NCBI GenBank assembly: GCA_964636085.1
Contig: CAZWPQ010000015.1
Location: forward strand, 8,326-47,511
Source: an uncultured Nitrososphaerota archaeon
GTDB taxonomy: Archaea; Asgardarchaeota; Njordarchaeia; Njordarchaeales; Panguiarchaeaceae
Reading direction: 5' to 3'
Length of the DNA: 39,186 bases
The notes beneath the pieces are model-generated. The model searched no databases and was not told the DNA's origin. It worked only from the letters and a program-made list of their open reading frames with translations. This document shows positions 9,942 through 18,242 of the stretch, piece after piece. The number at the start of each line of letters is the position of its first letter. Position 1 is the first letter of the stretch. The position numbers and the translations under genes are program-made.

Positions 9942-11687
9942 ATGAAGAGTGGCATAATGAAATATCTTTGTTTAGGGTTGTTGATATGTATGTTTGGGTT
10001 TGGGGTAGGCTCGGATAAGGGGGCCGCCAAGTTTAGTACTCGTGGTGCTTTCACGCTTGAATGGAAAACGAATGTGGAGATATCTAATGTTTATACGCTT
10101 GCATTGCTTAAGGATGGTGATTTATATAGCGTTGTGGCTGGTAATGGTACCTACGTAGTAATTGTTAATGCCTCTGGCTATGTTGAGTCGATAATTAGTG
10201 CTAGGGATTATCTGGGTATTAACCATTCATCTATTGATTTTAGTTTTGGCTACTTGGGTAGCAATATTACTCATGTCTATGCGACAGTTGTGGATGTTTC
10301 GCCCATTGCCTCTATTTATGGAAATGGCTATGGTGTGGATATATATTTGTTTTTCGTCTCTAGTGCTAAGGGTACATCAACAGGGGTTATTAATGTAGGC
10401 AAGATATTTGAGATGCCTAGGCCTATAGATGATATATCATCAAAATTTTTGATCTATGTGCCAGAGGCAAATAGGTTGCTCTCTCCAACTCTTAGGGCTA
10501 GTATAGGTAATGTGACTGGATATTTGTATTCTGCGACTTTTGTTTCTGGTGAGGTAGTGTTAACCCTAGTGCAAGAGGATCTTGACTTTATAGAAATGGA
10601 CACCTCGGCCATGTCTATCACCTATACTGTAGGGGACATTTTGAAGGAGCTGACTGGTAATGAGCTTATTATTGGACTTAGAAATGTTAGTGGCGAGGAT
10701 TATGTTATTGGCTTTGTTTTGTATGAGAGCACTGATGGATCAATAAATATTGACAATGATCACTGTGTTATTGCGGCTAACATTACCTTTAGTGGCGATT
10801 ATCCCGATGTTGTAGTAACAGATGTGGATGGAGATAATGAGAATGAGGTAGTTGTAGATAATGAGACGGGACTTGGTTTCTTTACTGCTACTTCCGACAC
10901 TTATAGTACTGGATACCTATATGCCGATGGCGGTATCAATTGTGGAGTTGTCGATAGATTAGTTGTTGGTAACTTTAGTGGCGATTCGCTTCCAGAATAT
11001 ATATTTTATGACCCGAACAACTCGGAAATCGAGGTCTGGAACTCAACTGCTTCAGTATTCTCCTTAAAGGTAAACGGTACACCAGTTGCTGATATAATTC
11101 TATGCGAACTGGATGGGGATGGATACGTAGATGTTTTCCTTATGACCGAAACCACCGCCTACTTTATCTATAATGGTGGATTGTATGATTCATTTGTATT
11201 GGATTCAAAGCCTACTAGCAATGGATTAATAGCCGACATAGATGCTGATGGTTACCTGGAGATGATATATGTTTCCAATGACACCATGGTTTGTTATCAG
11301 ACACCATATTCAAAAATCGGTAATACTCAGTTGGGAGACGAGTATGCGTCAAGGACATTAACTCTCAGCAAGGATACAGATCTTGATAGGCTTAGTGACT
11401 GGGAGGAACTGTATGTCTATGGTACAAGTCCCTACATTGCGGATACAGATGGCGATGGGATTTCCGACTGGGAGGAGATAAACATATATGGATCCTCACC
11501 AATAGACCCTGAAATAGCAAATAGTTCTAGAGAAGAAAGGGGGGTGAATCCCGTTCCCGAAGATTCTGGCAATTTGGTGAAGATAATTGATACTGTGATT
11601 GGTTGGGTAAGTTCGTTAACCATGATTATGTTCACCGTCATATCATATTCACTAATTATTGCTGCAAAGACTTATACTAAGAATTAG
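9942..11687 (+). CDS. Secreted, membrane-anchored FG-GAP/VCBS-repeat protein with TSP3-like Ca-binding repeats (copy B)
   Basis: Signal peptide; VTDVDGDNENEVVV, VGNFSGDSLPEYIF, LCELDGDGYVDVFL, IADIDADGYLEMIY; DTDLDRLSDWEELYVYGTSPYIADTDGDGISDWEE; C-terminal TM. Collinear with 5179..6963. Confidence 0.82.
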   Translation: MKSGIMKYLCLGLLICMFGFGVGSDKGAAKFSTRGAFTLEWKTNVEISNVYTLALLKDGDLYSVVAGNGTYVVIVNASGYVESIISARDYLGINHSSIDFSFGYLGSNITHVYATVVDVSPIASIYGNGYGVDIYLFFVSSAKGTSTGVINVGKIFEMPRPIDDISSKFLIYVPEANRLLSPTLRASIGNVTGYLYSATFVSGEVVLTLVQEDLDFIEMDTSAMSITYTVGDILKELTGNELIIGLRNVSGEDYVIGFVLYESTDGSINIDNDHCVIAANITFSGDYPDVVVTDVDGDNENEVVVDNETGLGFFTATSDTYSTGYLYADGGINCGVVDRLVVGNFSGDSLPEYIFYDPNNSEIEVWNSTASVFSLKVNGTPVADIILCELDGDGYVDVFLMTETTAYFIYNGGLYDSFVLDSKPTSNGLIADIDADGYLEMIYVSNDTMVCYQTPYSKIGNTQLGDEYASRTLTLSKDTDLDRLSDWEELYVYGTSPYIADTDGDGISDWEEINIYGSSPIDPEIANSSREERGVNPVPEDSGNLVKIIDTVIGWVSSLTMIMFTVISYSLIIAAKTYTKN

Positions 11688-11723
11688 GCCCCCCTCCTCC
11701 TATTTTTTTGGGAGGTGATGGGG

Positions 11724-13241
11724 ATGGCCGGGCTTGTTCGATCCGAGTTTTATGGAAAACTTGTAGATATTGCGAAAAGAATGATTTCTCTGTCGTTTGA
11801 CATTACGAAGAATATTAAGATACAAAAACTAAAGAATCATGCATTAAGTCTACTTGCACTGGCGCATGTGAGGATGGGGAATATCGATGCTGGCCTGAAA
11901 ATGTTGGGTGAAATGGACGATGATATTACAAGACTTAGAGCCCTTAAGAAGATATCTATAGAACTAGCAAAAGAGGGGAGGTTACTCTTGGCTATTAGAT
12001 TCATAAATAACTTCTTTATGGACGCCGCTGATGCTAGATTGATAAGGACGGACCTAGATCTAGGACTTATAAGCAATGTATCTAGTGAAACTCTCCAGAA
12101 GGTTTATTCTCTGGATGACCTAGGCATCAGAGACGAATTATTGAGACTAATGGTGCTACAATCAATAGAGGAAGGGAGACTTAGAAGAGCAAAGAAGATA
12201 GTTGACCGCATACTCAATCCGTACATTAAGGCAATGCTACTATCGAGAATTGGTGTTAAATATGCCGAGGACGGAAAAATTGGTCGATCGATACATATGT
12301 TTAATGGCGCTATGGATATTGTGAAGAAACTGTTCGACACTGTCTATATTGAGGGCCGCGATATTTATGACTCAAGAGTTCTATTCAAGAATATGCTGCT
12401 TGCGGAAACAGTTGCTCTTAGCATAATACAGGCAGGTCTTACTGGGTGGGGTAAAGAAATCCTCGACAAAGTGATTAATATAGCCAAAAAAATGGGTGAT
12501 AAAAAATTCAGGGCCAATATAATCTATGCATTAATAAAAAATGCGAGAAACATAGGATATGACATCGAGGTTAACAGGTTGATAGATTTTGCCATAATAG
12601 AGCTGAACAACATAAGCAATCTATATTACAAGACCCAAATACTGAAAGAAATAGCTCTATACTACTTCAAAATCGGTGACCTAAATAAGTTTGTAACATA
12701 CATGGACAAGACTATTGATACGGCACTCCAGTTCGAACCAGGAGAATTTAGGGACAAGCTTCTTGAATGCATAGCTCTTGACTGTATAGATGTAGGTATA
12801 TATGGCTGTCCGCAGCACATAGCTGAGAGAATAGACGATGCGAAAATAAGAGTAGATATCCTATGTAGGTTGTCTGAGGAAATGTTGGAAAGAGGTCACT
12901 ATAACTATGGCCTAGAACTATTGGACAGGGCTCAGAAAATCACGGATAAATATGTAGAACCAAACTATAGGCCATACATATACGGCAAGATCCTATCTGT
13001 ACTTGCCCAGGCAGGCCTATATGATAGAGTAATGAAGCTTTACGATAAATTCATGCATGAAATAGAAAGGCTTGAGGATAACTATAACAGAGCTGTTGTT
13101 CTTGGCATAGCGGCACTATTCATCATAGACAAGCTCCACAAAGAAAATGGAGACAGTACTGAGAATCTTATCATAAAAACTGAGCAGAATATACATAGCC
13201 CCGTGCGGTCATCGTATGGGATAGGAGTAGTGAATTTCTAG
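11724..13241 (+). CDS. TPR-like alpha-helical repeat protein (copy B)
   Basis: Helical repeats; shares ILNPYIK..L...G..Y and DC...GI.GCP..IA.R with copy A. SD GGAGGTGA at 11711 favours ATG 11724 (track 11715). Confidence 0.78.
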   Translation: MAGLVRSEFYGKLVDIAKRMISLSFDITKNIKIQKLKNHALSLLALAHVRMGNIDAGLKMLGEMDDDITRLRALKKISIELAKEGRLLLAIRFINNFFMDAADARLIRTDLDLGLISNVSSETLQKVYSLDDLGIRDELLRLMVLQSIEEGRLRRAKKIVDRILNPYIKAMLLSRIGVKYAEDGKIGRSIHMFNGAMDIVKKLFDTVYIEGRDIYDSRVLFKNMLLAETVALSIIQAGLTGWGKEILDKVINIAKKMGDKKFRANIIYALIKNARNIGYDIEVNRLIDFAIIELNNISNLYYKTQILKEIALYYFKIGDLNKFVTYMDKTIDTALQFEPGEFRDKLLECIALDCIDVGIYGCPQHIAERIDDAKIRVDILCRLSEEMLERGHYNYGLELLDRAQKITDKYVEPNYRPYIYGKILSVLAQAGLYDRVMKLYDKFMHEIERLEDNYNRAVVLGIAALFIIDKLHKENGDSTENLIIKTEQNIHSPVRSSYGIGVVNF

Positions 13242-14188
13242 ACATTTCTGTTTTTTGTTTCTTCTTTCCCTATGCATGTTGAGATAAAGTAAGTAATACA
13301 TGTAGCCGCGATTCTGCATGTGTTTCCAGTCGGATCAAAAAATGGTACGAGCTCAGTAATATCCAAAACCCGTACTTTTTCTATGTCATCAATCGCAGAT
13401 ATTATACCCACTATATGTTCTGGCCTTAGGCCAAGCGGGCTTGGAGCATTTACTCCTGGAGCATAAGATTGATCAATAGCATCCATGTCAAGGCTGATAT
13501 AGAGGCTATCTACTCTTTTGAGAATGCTGGAGATTTTTTCCTTGATTTCGTTTATTCCAACTCTGCCGCTGAGAATATCTATAGATCCTATGATATTCAC
13601 GCCAAGATTTTCAGCGCGCTTGATATAATATTTTGGATTCATGAAATCTCTTATGCCCACATATATTACGTTTCTTGGATCCAAACGATCTCTCATATTC
13701 CTTATAATGTCACCTATTACAGTACCACTAGTAACTGTGTCTTCCTTAACTTCTCGCATGTCCAAATGTGCGTCGAATACTAGGAGTCCAACATTCTTAT
13801 ATTCCTCTGCAAAGGCCTTAAAAATGGGTTCTGTTATTGAATGGTCGCCCCCAAGGACTATTAATTTATCACAGATAGATAAATATTGACTTACCCGCCT
13901 ATAGATCTCTGCCTTATTTTTGCTGACAGAGTTATAATATGTTGGGATATCTCCAAGATCTCTTATAGTACGATTACAAATATCTACTCCATTGATGAAT
14001 GTAGTCATGGAATATAGGGCATCTCTAATGCACCTAGGTGCGAATCTGGCGCCAGGTCTCCCTCTTGTTGATCCATCAAATGGTGCCCCGACAATCCCGA
14101 AATTGGGCCTATCTATATTACTACAATCCTTTATCCAGTCCCCAATTCGATAATCAAATTTGTCTATACTCATCCTCAAGAGAGCCAC
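13238..14188 (-). CDS. Arginase-family ureohydrolase (agmatinase / formimidoylglutamase-like)
   Basis: GAPFD...GRPGARFAP, GGDHS, FDAHLD and SLDMDAID...APGV.AP binuclear metal motifs. Substrate not resolvable by eye. Confidence 0.9.
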   Translation of the reverse strand: MALLRMSIDKFDYRIGDWIKDCSNIDRPNFGIVGAPFDGSTRGRPGARFAPRCIRDALYSMTTFINGVDICNRTIRDLGDIPTYYNSVSKNKAEIYRRVSQYLSICDKLIVLGGDHSITEPIFKAFAEEYKNVGLLVFDAHLDMREVKEDTVTSGTVIGDIIRNMRDRLDPRNVIYVGIRDFMNPKYYIKRAENLGVNIIGSIDILSGRVGINEIKEKISSILKRVDSLYISLDMDAIDQSYAPGVNAPSPLGLRPEHIVGIISAIDDIEKVRVLDITELVPFFDPTGNTCRIAATCITYFISTCIGKEETKNRNV

Positions 14189-14353
14189 CTCTGGATCCTA
14201 CTGGTCTATAATTCATATGTATATCCAAATATTAAACCATAAGTAAAAATAGTGGTACTATAGAAATTTGTGTATTCGTGTATTTATGTATGTCTTGGGC
14301 TGGCCGCAAAAACTGGGGCATTGGGTGTTGATCTAGAAAAAGGAGAAAAAATA

Positions 14354-14980
14354 TTAAGCATTTCTCTGTTTTTCATAGATTTTCTTTCCAAAGGCTTTTG
14401 CTGATTTATCCCATATCTCCATTATATGAAAAATGTATGTTGGGGCTCTAAGGGATATTTTTCCTGTTCTCGGGACGGCATGGAAAATATCGTGCATCGC
14501 GTTGGCATATTCGAAATATATGTCATTCGTATGTATTGTCACTTTGGCACATACCATGTATGATGTTTCCGGGGGAGTGAAAAATATTAGTATAGCTTCA
14601 TTAGACTCATTTATATTCGTCCACGTATTCTTTTTAGCCAAATCCAGTGTAAAGAGCTTTGAAAAATCAAGAACATCTGGTCTATATATCTCGTCCAATA
14701 GAAAATTTAACACATCCTCCATGCTGGGTTTTTTAGAGGCAAAAGCTACAATTTTTTCTAGGGTGGTCTCTATATATTCTTCTTTGGGAACAATACCAAC
14801 CATTTTTATGCTCGCATTAAGCCCTGCAGGCCCATAAGTCACTATGGCTGGAAGTGTCCTCGTGAACTCGAGATAGATGTAGGTTTTATCAATACTGCCG
14901 TGGAGCATTTCCTCAATTATTTTTCTTCTTCTCGTAAAAATATAATCGATCCATGCACGAGGAATATTTGATTCTGTCAC
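14354..14980 (-). CDS. Probable FMN-binding split-barrel (pyridoxamine 5'-phosphate oxidase-like) protein
   Basis: PAIVTYGPAGLNASIK, TWTNINE..EAILIFFTPP.TSYMV and YIFHIMEIWDKS fit a split-barrel layout. Confidence 0.55.
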   Translation of the reverse strand: MTESNIPRAWIDYIFTRRRKIIEEMLHGSIDKTYIYLEFTRTLPAIVTYGPAGLNASIKMVGIVPKEEYIETTLEKIVAFASKKPSMEDVLNFLLDEIYRPDVLDFSKLFTLDLAKKNTWTNINESNEAILIFFTPPETSYMVCAKVTIHTNDIYFEYANAMHDIFHAVPRTGKISLRAPTYIFHIMEIWDKSAKAFGKKIYEKQRNA

Positions 14981-14993
14981 TTTAGATCCCTAA

Positions 14994-15052
14994 ATGTTCA
15001 GAGCTTTTAACCATCATCACATTCTCAGAGCTCAGCTTGGCTCATCATGTTG
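14994..15052 (-). ncRNA. Box C/D guide sRNA (predicted tRNA 2'-O-methylation guide)
   Basis: Minus strand: AUGAUGA (C, 15048-15042) gccaagcugagcu CUGA (D', 15028-15025) gaau GUGAUGA (C', 15020-15014) ugguuaaaagcu CUGA (D, 15001-14998). Four consensus boxes with 13- and 12-nt guides, intergenic. Confidence 0.9.
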
Positions 15053-15101
15053 TATGGCGTCTCCAATTTTAAGTTATATTATTGTGTATATTTAAGTATT
15101 T

Positions 15102-15695
15102 ATGGCCAGTATAATATGCGATATGTTATTGGTGTGTATTGTGGCCACAAATAGTAAAATTAGGCATTATTATGCTGCACTTGGCACGGCATTGATGTTG
15201 CTTGGGTTGGTGGCGATATTTGAGTGGGCTCTGTCCCTATACGACTGGTATTGTAGATTAAAAAAGATAGAGGGGGAGGTAAAGATATTTGGTCTAGATC
15301 TAGGCATGATTTTTTCGATAGTTGTTTCAATATTGCTTATTCAAACAGCAATAATTTTTTATAGACTATATTACTTTGAGAGGAGAGATATATTTAGGTT
15401 ATCTAGCATCATAACTATTGGGTATGCATTGACAAGGCTGTGTATCAATGTTGGTCAATTACTGATGGATATATCCGATAATAATCCTTTCCTAAACGTC
15501 TATAATATTGTGGCTCCGTATATAAGCTCAATCGTATGGATACTTGTTGGGACTTCTCTCTACATAATTGGTGACATATTTCTAAATAATAGGCTTGTTA
15601 GAATATCATCATTGTTCCTTGTAGCCATTGTACTATATCCGTTTGGCCTCTTGCTTGCAGGGAAAGAACTTATGAAAGTATCTATTAAGTCATAG
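15102..15695 (+). CDS. Hypothetical integral membrane protein
   Basis: About 5 hydrophobic segments; co-oriented upstream of the ABC genes. Confidence 0.65.
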   Translation: MASIICDMLLVCIVATNSKIRHYYAALGTALMLLGLVAIFEWALSLYDWYCRLKKIEGEVKIFGLDLGMIFSIVVSILLIQTAIIFYRLYYFERRDIFRLSSIITIGYALTRLCINVGQLLMDISDNNPFLNVYNIVAPYISSIVWILVGTSLYIIGDIFLNNRLVRISSLFLVAIVLYPFGLLLAGKELMKVSIKS

Positions 15696-15753
15696 CCTCT
15701 TTTTTTATGATATTTTATGTATTTCTAGATATTGAAGAAAAGGGTGTGTATAT

Positions 15754-16566
15754 TTGCTAAGAAAGCTAAGAGTATTGATGGCTTTTACGTATAGAAATAT
15801 CTATATTGATTTCCAATATAAATTTAAAATGGTCGTGGATTTCTTATGGTCCCTAGCCAATGTAATAGCCTTTGGATTCATGGGCGTAGCTTTTCAATCC
15901 TTCTCGGATATGGACATAAACATAGTCCCATATCAGTTCTTCCTAATTAACACTCTTGTGTGGACTGTTTTCTCCAATCCCTTTATTGATGGGGCCTATA
16001 GCGTCACAGATGAGGCTAGCTGGGGGACAATTGGTTTTATGATAGCCAACAAGATAAAATTTGAGGATATAGCGTTAGGGAGATATTTTGCTACTGGTGT
16101 GAGATTCTTTATAATATTCTTTGCACTGACCCCCCTCGTATATGTTACTGGCGCCATTCACACCACCACAACAATATTCTTGGAGTCCCTGCTTGTAATC
16201 ACTATACTATTCTTCTTTCTGGGTGGCATAGTATTGATTCTTACAGCCCTAACGATAATGTATAAGCGTCTGGGAGAGTTTCCAAGAATAACCCTAACAA
16301 TTATAAGGATACTTTCGACATATTTCACCCCGTTGGCGACTTTTGGCCGTATACATCCATCACTACCAAATATCCTATATCAGTTCCCTATGACGTCGGG
16401 TATTGTGGAGCTCAGAAAAATGCTTATCTTGGGAGATAACTCAGCTTTTTATACTGTTTTAAGGATTTCTATACTTGGAACACTAGTTGTCTATACCATG
16501 GGTCTCTCTCTAATATATATAGCCACGATGGAGTCAAAGAGAAGGGGGACGATAGAGAAATACTAG
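15754..16566 (+). CDS. ABC-2 type transporter permease
   Basis: About 6 TM helices, DEASWGTI motif, LSTYFTP...P...YQFPMTSGIVELR; adjacent to the ABC ATPase. Confidence 0.85.
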   Translation: MLRKLRVLMAFTYRNIYIDFQYKFKMVVDFLWSLANVIAFGFMGVAFQSFSDMDINIVPYQFFLINTLVWTVFSNPFIDGAYSVTDEASWGTIGFMIANKIKFEDIALGRYFATGVRFFIIFFALTPLVYVTGAIHTTTTIFLESLLVITILFFFLGGIVLILTALTIMYKRLGEFPRITLTIIRILSTYFTPLATFGRIHPSLPNILYQFPMTSGIVELRKMLILGDNSAFYTVLRISILGTLVVYTMGLSLIYIATMESKRRGTIEKY

Positions 16567-16577
16567 TGGTGATCTGA

Positions 16578-17537
16578 TTGAAGGGAATAGAGGCTATTGA
16601 GCTCAGGAAAAGTTTCATTGATGGTGGTGAAAGAGTTGAAGTACTGAGCGGGGTTACTTTTTCAATCCCAAAGGGCTCAAACCTTGCAGTAATTGGTCCA
16701 AATGGTAGTGGAAAGACTACATTACTTAAAATACTATCTACTATATTGTCTCCGGATTCGGGAAGGGCGTATATAAGAGGTTTTGATATAATGGAGGAGG
16801 CTGATAATGTGCGCAAGATAATCACATATATAAATCCTGAGTTTAGGCTTCATGAGAGACTTACCGTGAAAAGGACGCTTAAATTTTTTGCCATTATACA
16901 AGATGTGGATTGGCAGTCTTCTATCCCACTACTAGAATTGTTTGGGATAAAACATATGCTTGATTCTCCTGTGGCCGCCCTGAGTACTGGACAGAAAGCA
17001 GCATTAAAGTTTATTATTGGTATGATGAAGAATCCAGAGGTATTGTTTATGGATGAGGTTTTTTCTGGCTTGGATATAAGTCGTGTTGAAAAACTTCTCA
17101 TGATTGTGGATACCCTACTTCAGGAGAAAAGTGTTGATCTAGTAATTGTTGATCATAATCCAGATGTGTTGGATAGGCTATGCGATAAGGTTATTGTAAT
17201 GGAGAGGGGCAAGCCCGTAACTAGAGTCTATTCAACAAAAGAATTACTGAGAAAATTCGATTACAAGTGGGACATAATAGTTACATGGATGAGAGAAATA
17301 GATCAGAATACGCTTGAAGATCTCAAGAGAAGCTATGATTGCAACTGCATCATTATAGGGCCGGATAGAGCCCGAATTTTCGTCAAGGATGACAATATAG
17401 TGAAGGAAATCACTGATTATTTGGTCAAAAATAGTAGAAATGTCATAGAGATTAATACAAGCCCCGTAACGCTAAAGGATTTATTCCTAGAGGTCATAAT
17501 GAAACAGACAAAATTTATGATAGATGAATCTCAATGA
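16578..17537 (+). CDS. ABC transporter ATP-binding protein (exporter type)
   Basis: Walker A GPNGSGKT, signature LSTGQ, Walker B LFMDE, H-loop VDHN. Confidence 0.93.
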   Translation: MKGIEAIELRKSFIDGGERVEVLSGVTFSIPKGSNLAVIGPNGSGKTTLLKILSTILSPDSGRAYIRGFDIMEEADNVRKIITYINPEFRLHERLTVKRTLKFFAIIQDVDWQSSIPLLELFGIKHMLDSPVAALSTGQKAALKFIIGMMKNPEVLFMDEVFSGLDISRVEKLLMIVDTLLQEKSVDLVIVDHNPDVLDRLCDKVIVMERGKPVTRVYSTKELLRKFDYKWDIIVTWMREIDQNTLEDLKRSYDCNCIIIGPDRARIFVKDDNIVKEITDYLVKNSRNVIEINTSPVTLKDLFLEVIMKQTKFMIDESQ

Positions 17538-17706
17538 AATAAGGATGTTCTTTTCTTTTTAATTCAACGTATATAGTGACTTCATAGGATATATAGGCTT
17601 ACCAATGGCCTTAGCCAGTTGGACACATATATGTAATTTTATGGGCTTAACTACTTAAATAAGGTTTTTTATAATGTTATACCCATAGTTTTGTATATAT
17701 ATTCTG

Positions 17707-18234
17707 GTGAAGAGATTGCGTGAATCGACACTTACGAAGGTGGAGTCGGAGCTTCTATCTATCTACAGGCCACATATAGTTTATCTTGTTATAGGGGCTA
17801 TAAGGAAGCACATGGCTTCCTTTGAAAGTAACGTAGGTAAATATATCCAGCTGGTCATAGATAATCTATTCGACCTTGTAGTTTCTGAGTACATTAATTT
17901 TGAAAAAAAGCTGGATAAAAATACTCGTGGCGAAAAATCATTGACAGAGAGAATTTTGGTTTTCCTAGAACGGTACATAGAAAGCGAGGAGTTTATAACA
18001 AAAGTGAAGGCGTTAAAATTCAACGACAAGGATGTCTTCAGTATTACATATAACTTTTTACTTTCGCACATAAACATGGAAAGTATGGATGAATTGTTCG
18101 AGATGGAAAAAATCGCAACTAAAATAGTACTGGAGCTGTTGTTTGCAGAAATTTGGCCTCTATTGCTACGGGAAATACAGCGTATTAAAATAAGCCCATT
18201 GCTGAAAAAGATAAGGCCCACGAAGAAGGAATAA
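17707..18234 (+). CDS. Hypothetical alpha-helical protein (175 aa)
   Basis: Open frame with protein-like composition; no motif recognised. Confidence 0.6.
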   Translation: MKRLRESTLTKVESELLSIYRPHIVYLVIGAIRKHMASFESNVGKYIQLVIDNLFDLVVSEYINFEKKLDKNTRGEKSLTERILVFLERYIESEEFITKVKALKFNDKDVFSITYNFLLSHINMESMDELFEMEKIATKIVLELLFAEIWPLLLREIQRIKISPLLKKIRPTKKE

Positions 18235-18242
18235 GAGTCGCA

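Noticed and set aside
3693-13241. Inverted duplication as an invertible or mobile element
   Set aside because: The copies are similar at protein level only; no long nucleotide inverted repeats, recombinase or transposase were seen.
15001-15041. tRNA gene remnant on the + strand
   Set aside because: The anticodon-like and D-arm-like pieces are in the wrong order and are bounded by reverse C/D boxes; they are better explained as antisense guides.
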